A stretch of DNA of 64,000 bases, taken from a virus. Where the stretch lies: positions 32,001-96,000 of the IMG/VR virus record IMGVR_UViG_3300023174_000078; one strand, written 5' to 3'. The notes under the pieces are model-generated. The model was not told the origin of the DNA. It made no database searches and saw only the letters and a program-made list of their open reading frames with translations. The position numbers and the translations under genes are program-made. Numbering within the stretch: the stretch's first letter is position 1; every line of letters starts with the position of its first letter. This document shows positions 8,905 to 18,179 of this stretch, piece by piece.

Positions 8905-11673
8905 ATGGTCAATTATCCCGGCGACAATGACGCATTTGCAGTTTGGACAGGTAAGAATCGCGTATTCGCAGATCCGTTCTTACTTCCTAGTAGTACAGCA
9001 ATACCTACTGAACTTCAGTCGGCTTTAGACTTTTGTTTATTTTTATATTATCTAAACCCCCTTTATCGCCGCGCTTCCACGCGCGTAATCAGTCACTTTG
9101 TTACAGATATTGATTTTGTTGGTAAGGATGGTGACCAGGATGAGCGGGATGAATTCAAAAATTTCCTGATTAATGAGTTGGATATCTTTGGCGCTTTACT
9201 TGAGGTGGGGCAGGAGTGGAGCTGCTTTCAAGGCGACACTAAAGTTGTTACGCAAGAAGGTTCTGTACCTATTAAATCTTTGACAGGTCGGAGAGTCAAT
9301 GTGTTGTCTAGAGATGGTATTTATAGACCGGCAGATTTTAAGTCTTACGGTGTTCAGTCCCTAATGGAGATTGAGTTCAGTGATGGGCGTATGGTGTACG
9401 CTACACCTGAACATAAATGGTATGTTAAAAATTGTTCTGGTAAGGAAGTTACTGTTACTACGGCCCAACTTAAAAATAGACATCGCATAAAAAGGACATT
9501 AGCGCCCCGTCCTGAAAAGAACGAAGAGTACCACGAAGGTGTGCGTCATGGTTTTATTTTTGGCGATGGTGCAAGAGCTGGTGCCGGATCTGCAGCGCTA
9601 TTTTGTGGTAAAAAGGATGAAGCTTTGTTGTCTTATTTCACAGGCTATGGTAATAAATACAGAGTACGCAAGGATCGCACACAGGTTGGGCGTATGTCCG
9701 GGTTCCCTGCTACGTATAAAGACTTACCTGCTGTAGATGAAAGCGCGAGCTACTGGTACGGCTTTGTGAGTGGTTTCTTGGCGGCTGACGGGACTGTAGA
9801 CACTTACGGCTGTGCTATGCTCACGCAGATCAAGAGAAACACGTTAGAGGCCATTGAGGCGCAGCTACCTAGGATTGGCATGTGCGCTGGTCCTATTCGC
9901 GCGCAGAGACGCGACACGCAACCGGGACTGCATCTAGGCAACGCTAAAGTTTATGACAGCACCATCCACTTTATGACGCTTCTCAAGCGGTTCATGCACG
10001 AAGATGATTTTATCATTCCCGCGCATAAAGAAAAGTTCATTAAAAACCGAAGTACTTCAGATAAATACGGCGAATATGTCGCTATTAAGTCTGTTAAAAT
10101 GACAGACAGGATAGAAGAAGTGTTCTGCTGTGTTGAGATGGAGACGCATTCAATGGTTGTCGACAATGGAATTTTAACTTCCCAATGCTACGGTAACGCA
10201 TTTCTAAGACTGCACCTACCTTTCGACCGTGTACTCATCGATCATAGAGACGGTAAATATAAAGAATACGCACTTCCGATGTTTGGTTCAGACGTGAAGT
10301 ATGATTATAAGGCCATGAAATATGATGTGCCTGATCCTACTACTTTTGATAGGCCAAAAGAGAAAAGATCCAGAGTAAAGCTGGATTTCATCGACCGCCC
10401 TTCCCGGGATAAATCACGGATTAAATTACGTAAATTGGATCCTAGACAGATTGTGCTGCAGCATTCATTTATGAGCGGTAAGCAGCAGATGATTTATCGT
10501 TTCGAGCCTGAGTGGGTTACTATGATTAAAAATAGTATCATGTATCAGGTGAACGAGACACCGATGAGCATGCTTAAAGCTATTGCGCTTGAGCAGGATT
10601 TCTTGTTTAATGAGGGACAAGTCTTCCACTTTAAGTCCCCTACTATTTCAGGTGTTTCTAATTACGGTTGGGGATTACCTGAAACCATAGCAAACTTTAG
10701 ACATATCCATCAACTGCAAGTGTTGCGTAAAATTGATGAGGCGGTAGGTCTGGATTATATGCTTCCTTTCCGTATGTTTCATCCCGTCCCTTCCGCGCAG
10801 GCAAGTGATCCTATGAATTATATGTTAATGAACCGGTGGGGTTCAGAGATTAGAGAAGTCATCAAGCGGCGCAGACTTGATCCTTTTGCAATGCATGCCT
10901 TACCATTTCCTGTAAGCTATCAGGAGTTTGGTGCTCAAGGTAAAAATCTGGCACCTAAAGAATTAGTAGAGTATCATAATAATGTGCTCTTAGATTCAAT
11001 GGGCTACCCGGCAGAGTTGTTTAAGGGTTCGTTACAAGTCCAACAAATTCCTACCGCTGTTCGTTTGTTTGAAAATTCATTTCATTTTGTACATCAAGGC
11101 TTTGATAGAATTGTGAAATGGGCGTCTGGTAGAATTTGTGATTATATTGGGCAACAACGCCTGGAAACCTCTCTGCAACTCCCGCGCCTTGCTGATGACC
11201 TCGAACGCCAGCGTGTATACATGCAATTGGCTGCAGGTGCAGAAATTCCACGGTCCATTGCTTATGGTCCTTTCGGCATCAAAGATCCTGTTGAGGCTGC
11301 TAAACAGCGCGCTCAAGAAGATATTGAAATCGAGAAAGAGCAAATAAAGCTGCAGGCTGATTTTCAAAGACAGCAACAGCTGGGCTCCATGGATACTATA
11401 TTGGCGCAGCAAGCGCAGCAAACAGCCGGTGGTAGCTCGCCTGCTGGTATGGAAGGTGCAGGGGATGGTGGCGATATGAACCCGCTTGACATCCAGAATA
11501 AAGCTGCTGAAATGGCACAGCAATGGTTGCAGATGCCTGTCGGTGAACGTCAGAAGCAAATGGCAGCTGTTCGCACTTCAAATCCAAACCTGCATGCAAT
11601 GGCTAAGCAAAAGATGGAAGAAATGAGATCTCAAGCGGAAAGCCAAGGTAGGCAGGCCTTATCACAACCTTAA
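8905..11673 (+). CDS. Probable portal protein, intein-containing
   Basis: About 600-aa extein with YGNAF motif, GWGLP segment and Gln/Ala-rich helical C-terminus; located in the virion block. Confidence 0.6.
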   Translation: MVNYPGDNDAFAVWTGKNRVFADPFLLPSSTAIPTELQSALDFCLFLYYLNPLYRRASTRVISHFVTDIDFVGKDGDQDERDEFKNFLINELDIFGALLEVGQEWSCFQGDTKVVTQEGSVPIKSLTGRRVNVLSRDGIYRPADFKSYGVQSLMEIEFSDGRMVYATPEHKWYVKNCSGKEVTVTTAQLKNRHRIKRTLAPRPEKNEEYHEGVRHGFIFGDGARAGAGSAALFCGKKDEALLSYFTGYGNKYRVRKDRTQVGRMSGFPATYKDLPAVDESASYWYGFVSGFLAADGTVDTYGCAMLTQIKRNTLEAIEAQLPRIGMCAGPIRAQRRDTQPGLHLGNAKVYDSTIHFMTLLKRFMHEDDFIIPAHKEKFIKNRSTSDKYGEYVAIKSVKMTDRIEEVFCCVEMETHSMVVDNGILTSQCYGNAFLRLHLPFDRVLIDHRDGKYKEYALPMFGSDVKYDYKAMKYDVPDPTTFDRPKEKRSRVKLDFIDRPSRDKSRIKLRKLDPRQIVLQHSFMSGKQQMIYRFEPEWVTMIKNSIMYQVNETPMSMLKAIALEQDFLFNEGQVFHFKSPTISGVSNYGWGLPETIANFRHIHQLQVLRKIDEAVGLDYMLPFRMFHPVPSAQASDPMNYMLMNRWGSEIREVIKRRRLDPFAMHALPFPVSYQEFGAQGKNLAPKELVEYHNNVLLDSMGYPAELFKGSLQVQQIPTAVRLFENSFHFVHQGFDRIVKWASGRICDYIGQQRLETSLQLPRLADDLERQRVYMQLAAGAEIPRSIAYGPFGIKDPVEAAKQRAQEDIEIEKEQIKLQADFQRQQQLGSMDTILAQQAQQTAGGSSPAGMEGAGDGGDMNPLDIQNKAAEMAQQWLQMPVGERQKQMAAVRTSNPNLHAMAKQKMEEMRSQAESQGRQALSQP
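9223..10185 (+). mobile_element. Intein (321 aa) with LAGLIDADG endonuclease and atypical C-terminal Gln
   Basis: Starts CFQGDTKVVT; block B ATPEHKW; GFIFGDG and GFLAADG; ends VFCCVEMETHSMVVDNGILTSQ with +1 Cys. Confidence 0.9.
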
Positions 11674-11685
11674 TAAATAAATCAA

Positions 11686-12027
11686 ATGGAAAAAACTGAA
11701 ATCGACTGGGTAGACATGATGAACGTTGTTGCTGCAGATATTTATCAGAATGCAGTTAACAAAGGATTCTGGGACAAAGAGCGTAATGACGGTGAAGCTA
11801 TCGCGCTTATCCATTCAGAACTATCTGAGGCTCTAGAAGCTTTGAGGCACGGGAATCCTCCTGATGACAAAGTAAATGAATATACAGGAGTGGAAGCTGA
11901 ATTAGCAGATGCGATCATTCGTATCTGTGATCTGGCTTCTGGTAGAGGCTGGCGTGTGTTTGAAGCTATGGCCGCTAAGATGGACTACAACACAACGCGC
12001 GAAAGGCTACACGGAAAAGAATTCTAG
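11686..12027 (+). CDS. MazG-like nucleotide pyrophosphohydrolase
   Basis: IALIHSELSEALEA..EAELADAIIRICD. Confidence 0.8.
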   Translation: MEKTEIDWVDMMNVVAADIYQNAVNKGFWDKERNDGEAIALIHSELSEALEALRHGNPPDDKVNEYTGVEAELADAIIRICDLASGRGWRVFEAMAAKMDYNTTRERLHGKEF

Positions 12028-12057
12028 TATATTTGTATTTGTCTTAACATCCATGGT

Positions 12058-12342
12058 ATGCTAAAATATACCATGGATGTTTTGACTAAACTAGCCGCAA
12101 GCTTTTATCTGCTTAAAAGAGCGGATCAAACTTGTATAGAAAAAGGACAATCTACGCAGGTCAAAAATTGGGACGCCATAAAGGGTATTCCCGGATCATC
12201 CGGTAATCAAAACTATACTGATCCTTGGCGTCCTAACCCTGAAGATATGCCAGTCGATATAGGCATTAATAATAAACAAATGGTTACTGGCACTGGCGGC
12301 GGTGCTTTAATCTATGGGCGTTACCGTAATGGAGACAGATAA
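12058..12342 (+). CDS. Hypothetical protein
   Basis: About 90-aa ORF (start may be the second Met) after a TTGTAT..TATGCT promoter-like sequence. Confidence 0.5.
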   Translation: MLKYTMDVLTKLAASFYLLKRADQTCIEKGQSTQVKNWDAIKGIPGSSGNQNYTDPWRPNPEDMPVDIGINNKQMVTGTGGGALIYGRYRNGDR

Positions 12343-12344
12343 CA

Positions 12345-13334
12345 ATGACAAACGACCCGTCTCTAAGCGCGCTGTACACAGCTATTGATCCTGCTGTAAA
12401 AGGTAAGATCAAGAATAAAATATATGATTTTGCGACACCTGATTCGCAAACCATAACGACACCAAACCCTTTTTCGCCTAATAAAGCAGATAATATTGAG
12501 ATGTCGCCCCTGCAGTGGATGTCGACTTACGATGATGAATTCAAAAAACAGAATCCGCAATACGCGGCATTAAACGCTTATTATAACCCTTTTCAAAGTA
12601 ACAGATCGTTTGGTTACGTCATGGGTGATAACTTGAATAAACTGTATAAAGGCTATGGGCCTGTTATAGGTAATATTTTAAATAAAGGACCAGTGGCTGG
12701 TGGATTACTTGCAACCGCTCCAGGTTTGTTACTCGGCGCAGCTGGTACTGGTTTATTAAATTTATTGACTGGTAAATCAGTATCTAGTGATTTACTACGG
12801 AATGCATTGATTGGTGGTTTAGCTGCTGGGTCTTTGGGTGCCTACAGTGGATACTTGCGCAAATACAAACCGCAATGGGCTGAGCCGGAAGCAGCGCCTG
12901 AGCAGTGGACACAAGAAGAGCTTCAAAATATTCACGCGATGAATAGAGTCAAGGCTCTAACTGGTATGAATAAACAAAGCGGACATGTAAAATTCGCCGC
13001 TATGAGTTCCTCGGAGGCGCAGGCGCGAGTGGTCCAACTTATCCAATCTGCCCCGGGGTTATCATTTAATGAGAAAAGCCAACTCATCGCTGGTGTTTCT
13101 CAGTTATCTGGAAATGAAGTTTCGCAGTTGTCTAGTTCTTTAGTTGGATTTGGTGGTGCTGCGGTGGGTGCCATAGTGGCTAGGTTTTTAATGAATAAAG
13201 GTTTGATAGGTACAGTTTTAGGCGCTATTTTTGGGGGAGCAATTGCTAAGTCTGTATTTGGGCCTTCAGTGACCAGGAACGATTTAGGACAGCCTTCTTT
13301 ACAAGGTAGAAATTTATTAGGACAATATCTTTAA
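12345..13334 (+). CDS. Probable virion/ejected protein with Gly-zipper hydrophobic segments
   Basis: GLLLGAAGTG, GGLAAGSLG and GAIFGGAIA segments. Confidence 0.55.
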   Translation: MTNDPSLSALYTAIDPAVKGKIKNKIYDFATPDSQTITTPNPFSPNKADNIEMSPLQWMSTYDDEFKKQNPQYAALNAYYNPFQSNRSFGYVMGDNLNKLYKGYGPVIGNILNKGPVAGGLLATAPGLLLGAAGTGLLNLLTGKSVSSDLLRNALIGGLAAGSLGAYSGYLRKYKPQWAEPEAAPEQWTQEELQNIHAMNRVKALTGMNKQSGHVKFAAMSSSEAQARVVQLIQSAPGLSFNEKSQLIAGVSQLSGNEVSQLSSSLVGFGGAAVGAIVARFLMNKGLIGTVLGAIFGGAIAKSVFGPSVTRNDLGQPSLQGRNLLGQYL

Positions 13335-13335
13335 T

Positions 13336-13983
13336 ATGAATGATTCATCATTTTTTAATTTAGGCGTTAAATTAGCGGCCTCTGCACGTGGACGTGATCC
13401 CCAAAATCTTGTAACTATTTCCGGTTTAGTTTCTACCATTGATAATCCCAAAGAAGCAAACTATGGATTTGTGCAGAAGATTATGTGCAAGGTTGCTGCA
13501 CATGCATTCGAAGAAGCTGGTCGTAAAAACGAAATAGAGTATCATATTTTTGAAAAGTTAGCACACACGGCCATGTGGTACCCCGAGTTAGACAAGTACT
13601 CGAATGCGGCGTTATCTGCGCTTGGTAAGATCGCCCTCGAGCACGAACAACAAATTAAAGAAGCGTCCAATGAAGAGATAACAAAACAAGCTCAGAATTT
13701 ACTTCCCGGATTACTAGCGATGGCTGGAAAATCTACCCCAGAGGTTATTAAAGCTGTAGCCGGGGCAGGCGCTCTTGGCGGGGGTGTCACAGGTGGGTTG
13801 TACTGGTTGCTTAATAGACATGCGCAAGAAGACGAAGACGAAGCAGAAGTAATCAAGGCTAAAATTGATTATTACAATAAAATTTCAGATGAGATCAAAA
13901 GACAATTAAGAACTCAAAAATTAGCACCTGCGCAGCTAGCTGCACAAGTTCAAGACATAGTAGATCGCGAAAACTTATTTTAA
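13336..13983 (+). CDS. Probable virion protein
   Basis: GAGALGGGVTGG segment; several K-x-A motifs. Confidence 0.55.
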   Translation: MNDSSFFNLGVKLAASARGRDPQNLVTISGLVSTIDNPKEANYGFVQKIMCKVAAHAFEEAGRKNEIEYHIFEKLAHTAMWYPELDKYSNAALSALGKIALEHEQQIKEASNEEITKQAQNLLPGLLAMAGKSTPEVIKAVAGAGALGGGVTGGLYWLLNRHAQEDEDEAEVIKAKIDYYNKISDEIKRQLRTQKLAPAQLAAQVQDIVDRENLF

Positions 13984-13989
13984 TACTGC

Positions 13990-14427
13990 ATGAGACCCAA
14001 CTACGATTTTACAGCTATGATGGACCCCGGCGCTGGGGTTAATGTAGATCCAAACCAAGTATCCCCGTCGTTTGCTATTCCCGCCTCCTCCGAACAACCA
14101 CGCGTTGAGGAGGATAGTACTGACTCGGATTTTGAAGAGCACAAAGACCCTAAAGGAAAAACAATTTGGACAACCACGCCTACATTTGAAGATCAGTATA
14201 AACGTTTTCCTCAGACTACTAGACTGGTTGGACCTCTCGTGGCGGTTTATGACGCGGCTAACCCGGAGCAGCTTAAAGAATTAAACATCTTGTTTTCTAA
14301 GCAACAACCAGAGGACGCGCCTTCGATTATTCTTGCGAGTCGTAAAGAAAATTTCCACGAAGGAAAATGGTTGATGCTTTTGGAATATTTTAGAGTAGAA
14401 TACAAGCAACTCATTACGACTTCTTAA
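13990..14427 (+). CDS. Hypothetical protein
   Basis: 145-aa ORF in the operon. Confidence 0.6.
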   Translation: MRPNYDFTAMMDPGAGVNVDPNQVSPSFAIPASSEQPRVEEDSTDSDFEEHKDPKGKTIWTTTPTFEDQYKRFPQTTRLVGPLVAVYDAANPEQLKELNILFSKQQPEDAPSIILASRKENFHEGKWLMLLEYFRVEYKQLITTS

Positions 14428-14428
14428 A

Positions 14429-15781
14429 ATGGAAAAGATAGCTTTAACTCCCCGCAGTCAAGAATTAATCAAAAACTACCTCATAGGAGGTGCAGCTCTA
14501 GGCGGTTCCGGTGCGCTGCTAACCTCATTGGTTAATTATATTAAAACCCTAAAACAGCAAGTCCCGTCTGACGAAGAAAAAGAAGATGATGACACGCTTT
14601 ATTTGAATGTAGGTAAGTCGGCCAATGAAAGTTCTGGTGCTACTGATTTCGCTGCTGGAGGTTTAGCTGTAACTGGTGGTCTGCTATCCACACTTGGTAC
14701 TTACGCGTTAGTCAGAAAGCTTTATCAAAACGTTAAAAGGAAACAATTACAAGAGCAACTAGATCAGGCGCAACAAGCATTTTTATCAAATGCAGAGCAA
14801 GAAGCGCAAGTTAAAAATGCCACCGCTTTAGAAAGCGGAAAGCCTATGGGCTTAGCGGAATTAAGCTGGTCTTCACCAATAGCTTTTGCGCTACTCAGCG
14901 CTATAGCTGCTGGAGCCTTGACGAATAAAGCTTTGGATAAAACCTTTCCTAGTATTAAGAAACCTAAAGATACTGCACCAAAGCGTATCGTTATTCGTAA
15001 GCCCCTGCCTAAAGAGAATAGCGAGGAAGACGAGAGTGCAGCCTATGACAAGGCGGCATCTGCGGAACAAGTAGACGATGCCTTAGAGTTCTTGGTCCAC
15101 CTGTGCATGGGTAGCAAATCAGCGGCACAATCAGAACTGGTTGATATTATCCATGCCGCAGCCCAAGGCAGAGGGCCTGAATTAACTACACATATCCTGG
15201 AGTATGGTTTTGATTCGGCTATGGATACGATTAAGGGTGCTGCCGATTACAGTATTACTCCTGCGCAGAAACAATGCGCCATTAGCTATTGCGTTAAAAG
15301 CGCCGCGTTAAACCCTATTGTTTCTCTGTTGGCTGCGGCAGAGTATAACGACATGGCTCCTAAGTTTACTAAAATAGCCAGCCTACAGCATGCAGATTGT
15401 GTGTCGACGCTAATTAAAATAGCTGGAACTATAGGTGCAATTAATAGAGTTGAAACTATTGGAGATTTAGATAGTAGTTTTGAAATTAGCAAAGAAGCTA
15501 ATGATATGTCACTTGAAGATATTCTAGCGCTGATAAACAGAATGAAAGACCAAGGCGCGCACACATCTGAAGAAGATGATATTGAGCAAAATGAAGATTT
15601 AAATTCTGAAGACAGTATCGATTCTGGGGAAGAGAAACAAGTCAATGATAGAAAGCCTTTTGCGACTAATAAAGCTACGCCTGATGTCATTGATGAATTA
15701 TCTGAAGAAGATGACTTGATTGATCAAGCAATGTCTGCTCCTGTTACACCTGCTAAAGCAATAGCAGCTGAAAACAAATGA
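14429..15781 (+). CDS. Probable virion/ejected protein
   Basis: 450 aa; three Gly/Ala-rich hydrophobic segments, acidic tail, many K-x-A motifs. Confidence 0.55.
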   Translation: MEKIALTPRSQELIKNYLIGGAALGGSGALLTSLVNYIKTLKQQVPSDEEKEDDDTLYLNVGKSANESSGATDFAAGGLAVTGGLLSTLGTYALVRKLYQNVKRKQLQEQLDQAQQAFLSNAEQEAQVKNATALESGKPMGLAELSWSSPIAFALLSAIAAGALTNKALDKTFPSIKKPKDTAPKRIVIRKPLPKENSEEDESAAYDKAASAEQVDDALEFLVHLCMGSKSAAQSELVDIIHAAAQGRGPELTTHILEYGFDSAMDTIKGAADYSITPAQKQCAISYCVKSAALNPIVSLLAAAEYNDMAPKFTKIASLQHADCVSTLIKIAGTIGAINRVETIGDLDSSFEISKEANDMSLEDILALINRMKDQGAHTSEEDDIEQNEDLNSEDSIDSGEEKQVNDRKPFATNKATPDVIDELSEEDDLIDQAMSAPVTPAKAIAAENK

Positions 15782-16248
15782 CTGTACCCCGCAATAAAAC
15801 ATCTGCGTCCAAGTTACTTGCGCTCGTAGCTAAGAGTAAAAAAGCAGGACGCTATAAAGTTTCTTCGAAAGAAACAAGAACATACGCAGGTATTGTTTTT
15901 GACTCTAAATGGGAATCAGAAACATATAAGTTATTGTCTACTCTTTTACCGGCGGATACACATATACATAGACAGGTAAATTTTTTACTTCAAGAGAAGT
16001 TCAAGGCTCCCAATGGAAAGGCTATCCGAGAGATTCATTACTCTGCCGATTTTGTAATTACCCGGGAAAAAGAATTACAGGATAATGTAATCCCTACTGA
16101 CGCATTAGTAATAGATTCAAAGGGACATCTTACTGATATTTTTAAAATCAAGAATAAGATGTTCATGTTCAGATACAATGCGCTTATTCATCAGGTGAAA
16201 TCCGCGAAGGATGTCGCGGCTGTGGTTGACGTGTATAAGGCGCAATAA
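15778..16248 (+). CDS. DUF1064-like PD-(D/E)XK nuclease
   Basis: GIVFDSKWE..RQVNFLLQ..YSADFV..IDSKG..FKIK.KMF. Confidence 0.8.
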   Translation: MTVPRNKTSASKLLALVAKSKKAGRYKVSSKETRTYAGIVFDSKWESETYKLLSTLLPADTHIHRQVNFLLQEKFKAPNGKAIREIHYSADFVITREKELQDNVIPTDALVIDSKGHLTDIFKIKNKMFMFRYNALIHQVKSAKDVAAVVDVYKAQ

Positions 16249-16278
16249 AAGCCGCCCATGTGCTATATACATTTGTAG
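16242..16278 (+). promoter_or_regulatory. Recurrent promoter-like motif, copy 2
   Basis: GCAA-N14-GTGCTATATACATTTGTAG. Confidence 0.6.
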
Positions 16279-16348
16279 CGGGTAGTGATATCTGCTAGCC
16301 GAAAGGCCGCATGACTTATGTTGTCATGCGTGGGCGTGAGCCCTTTTT
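16276..16348 (+). ncRNA. Candidate small structured RNA or leader (four abutting hairpins)
   Basis: Three GNRA-capped stems plus an 8-bp stem, ending in a T run, directly after the promoter motif. Confidence 0.5.
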
Positions 16349-16379
16349 ACCTATAACATCTAAAACATAAAACATTAAG

Positions 16380-16808
16380 ATGGGACGAAAACACACACCT
16401 GAGACTAAAGAGAAAATTAGACTATCAAAGCTGGGTAGAAAACACACACCTGAGACTAAAGAGAAAATAAGGCTATTAAAACTTCAACAAACACCTGAGG
16501 TTAGATATAAAAATAGCCAAGCTCATCTAATTAAAGGACCACAACACCCTGCTGGCGTTGTTTGTGATTTCAGATCTCCTACTAATGTTGTTTGGCATGT
16601 TTCTAACATAGGTCATTTTGTCCGCACGCATAAACATCTTTTTGATGAAAGCGATGCTACATGGATAAATAGTGGCCGTAGCCTGCGTTGTAGGGCGGCA
16701 GACGGGCTTCGGTCCTTGTGTTCCCGCGCCAGCCCCCTGAGCTCCTGGAAAGGCTGGACACTAGTCAGTGATGTGGAGCGCTTCAAGAATAGCGCAGGTA
16801 TAGTATGA
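16380..16808 (+). CDS. NUMOD3-motif protein (homing-endonuclease-related DNA-binding protein)
   Basis: Two tandem GRKHTPETKEKIR repeats; no catalytic GIY-YIG/HNH motif visible. Confidence 0.7.
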   Translation: MGRKHTPETKEKIRLSKLGRKHTPETKEKIRLLKLQQTPEVRYKNSQAHLIKGPQHPAGVVCDFRSPTNVVWHVSNIGHFVRTHKHLFDESDATWINSGRSLRCRAADGLRSLCSRASPLSSWKGWTLVSDVERFKNSAGIV

Positions 16809-16810
16809 TG

Positions 16811-16847
16811 GCAACGCGCCATGAGGTTGTGTTATATAAATTTGTAC
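16811..16847 (+). promoter_or_regulatory. Recurrent promoter-like motif, copy 3
   Basis: GCAA-N14-GTGTTATATAAATTTGTAC. Confidence 0.6.
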
Positions 16848-16874
16848 GGTAGCTAATAACTGTCGCACAATTGT

Positions 16875-17123
16875 ATGTTCAACATTCAACTTAAAAACAA
16901 TATGCAAAACAACGAACGATTAGTTGGAATTCTCGCTGCCCGGAACTACTTGCTCAGCCTCCACCCCCGCAAAATGCAGGTGGTTGCGCTGGCAGAACTT
17001 GGTGATGAGGTTGCTCCTCCCACCAGTCTGTACGGCATGCCTGCATTGGAGCCAAAACCATCACCCACCAGGGTGGCGCTGAAGAACGCGCTCGACCGAC
17101 CTCTGCCGGTCCTATCCCTGTAA
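16875..17123 (+). CDS. Hypothetical protein
   Basis: 82-aa ORF downstream of the promoter motif. Confidence 0.45.
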   Translation: MFNIQLKNNMQNNERLVGILAARNYLLSLHPRKMQVVALAELGDEVAPPTSLYGMPALEPKPSPTRVALKNALDRPLPVLSL

Positions 17124-17216
17124 AGGGATTACAATGACACAGGTGGCACATGTGTTGTTGGTTTGTGATAGCAACGCTCGCGCCGTAGCCACCACGGCGC
17201 GAGCCTATCTTCACTT

Positions 17217-17606
17217 TTAACTGTCAAAGCACTCCTTGTATGCTTGTTCTTGTGTGAATTTGTTCTCATATATAAGCTTCCACATACGAGTCATTTTTTT
17301 TAGCGCAAGCTCTGGATTGTGAATTTCGCTATGACAGTTGTGGCATACAAGTACGCATCTCCGCATTTCTTCCTCCGCCCCCGGGACAGACATCCGGAGT
17401 AAATTACTCCCATTCAGGTTGGCTCCTTTTTCGTGCAGATGATGAAATGCTAATGCTGATAAATTCTTTTTGTAACCACAGACTGCGCATTGGCCACCCG
17501 CTTTGATGATCATGCTATACTTGCGCGTAAGGCGCATAACCCTGTTCCTTTTAGCTGACGAAGGTTTAGGCATCGCATACTGTACGACAAGCGCAGCTAG
17601 CAGCAA
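17217..17606 (-). CDS. HNH endonuclease-like protein
   Basis: GGQCAVCGY..LAFHH..CVLVCHNCHSEIH; adjacent to tRNA genes. Confidence 0.75.
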   Translation of the reverse strand: MLLAALVVQYAMPKPSSAKRNRVMRLTRKYSMIIKAGGQCAVCGYKKNLSALAFHHLHEKGANLNGSNLLRMSVPGAEEEMRRCVLVCHNCHSEIHNPELALKKMTRMWKLIYENKFTQEQAYKECFDS

Positions 17607-17681
17607 GCAGACTTCACACGCGAAATTTATTGAATAAGTCCTTGCGCTTTGTGGCGTGCCGCCTATTGAATAACAAATTAA

Positions 17682-17757
17682 GCACTCGTAGCTCAGTGGA
17701 TAGAGCAGCGGATTTCTAATCCGCTGGTCGTTGGTTCGATCCCAACCGAGTGTGCCA
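17682..17757 (+). tRNA. tRNA-Arg(TCT)
   Basis: Cloverleaf; GCGGA-TTTCTAA-TCCGC arm; GTTCGA; encoded CCA. Confidence 0.95.
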
Positions 17758-17779
17758 GTTCTTTGATATTACCAATTTC

Positions 17780-17855
17780 GCGCCTGTAGCTCAATGGTTA
17801 GAGCGGAGGACTCATAATCCTTAGGTTCACGGTTCAAGTCCGTGCGGGCGCACCA
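17780..17855 (+). tRNA. tRNA with CAT anticodon (Ile2/elongator Met type)
   Basis: GAGGA-CTCATAA-TCCTT arm; paired first base pair, so not initiator type; CCA. Confidence 0.9.
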
Positions 17856-17883
17856 CTTTTTGCAGTACAACAAACTTTCATAA

Positions 17884-18108
17884 ATGAGCTTACAAGACGA
17901 TTACTTTGATTTGGATGCCCAATTGAAGGGCGAACAGAAGAGAAAACTGCGCAGGATATGGAAAACCCTTTGCGAGGCTGAATATACAGCCGAAGAAGCG
18001 TCCGAGTGCGTGCGTCTGATAAACGCTGCGCGCAGGTTACTTGCCGACAAGCCACCGCTATTCATGTCGCGTAAAATACGGGATAAGGCCAAAGGAGCTA
18101 AACCGTGA
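17884..18108 (+). CDS. Hypothetical protein
   Basis: 74-aa ORF between RNA genes. Confidence 0.5.
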   Translation: MSLQDDYFDLDAQLKGEQKRKLRRIWKTLCEAEYTAEEASECVRLINAARRLLADKPPLFMSRKIRDKAKGAKP

Positions 18109-18179
18109 GCATTCACTGCTAGCTCGGCTATAACTAAACAACCCGTAATTCCTCGGTAAGGAAGTAATTATAATAATTT

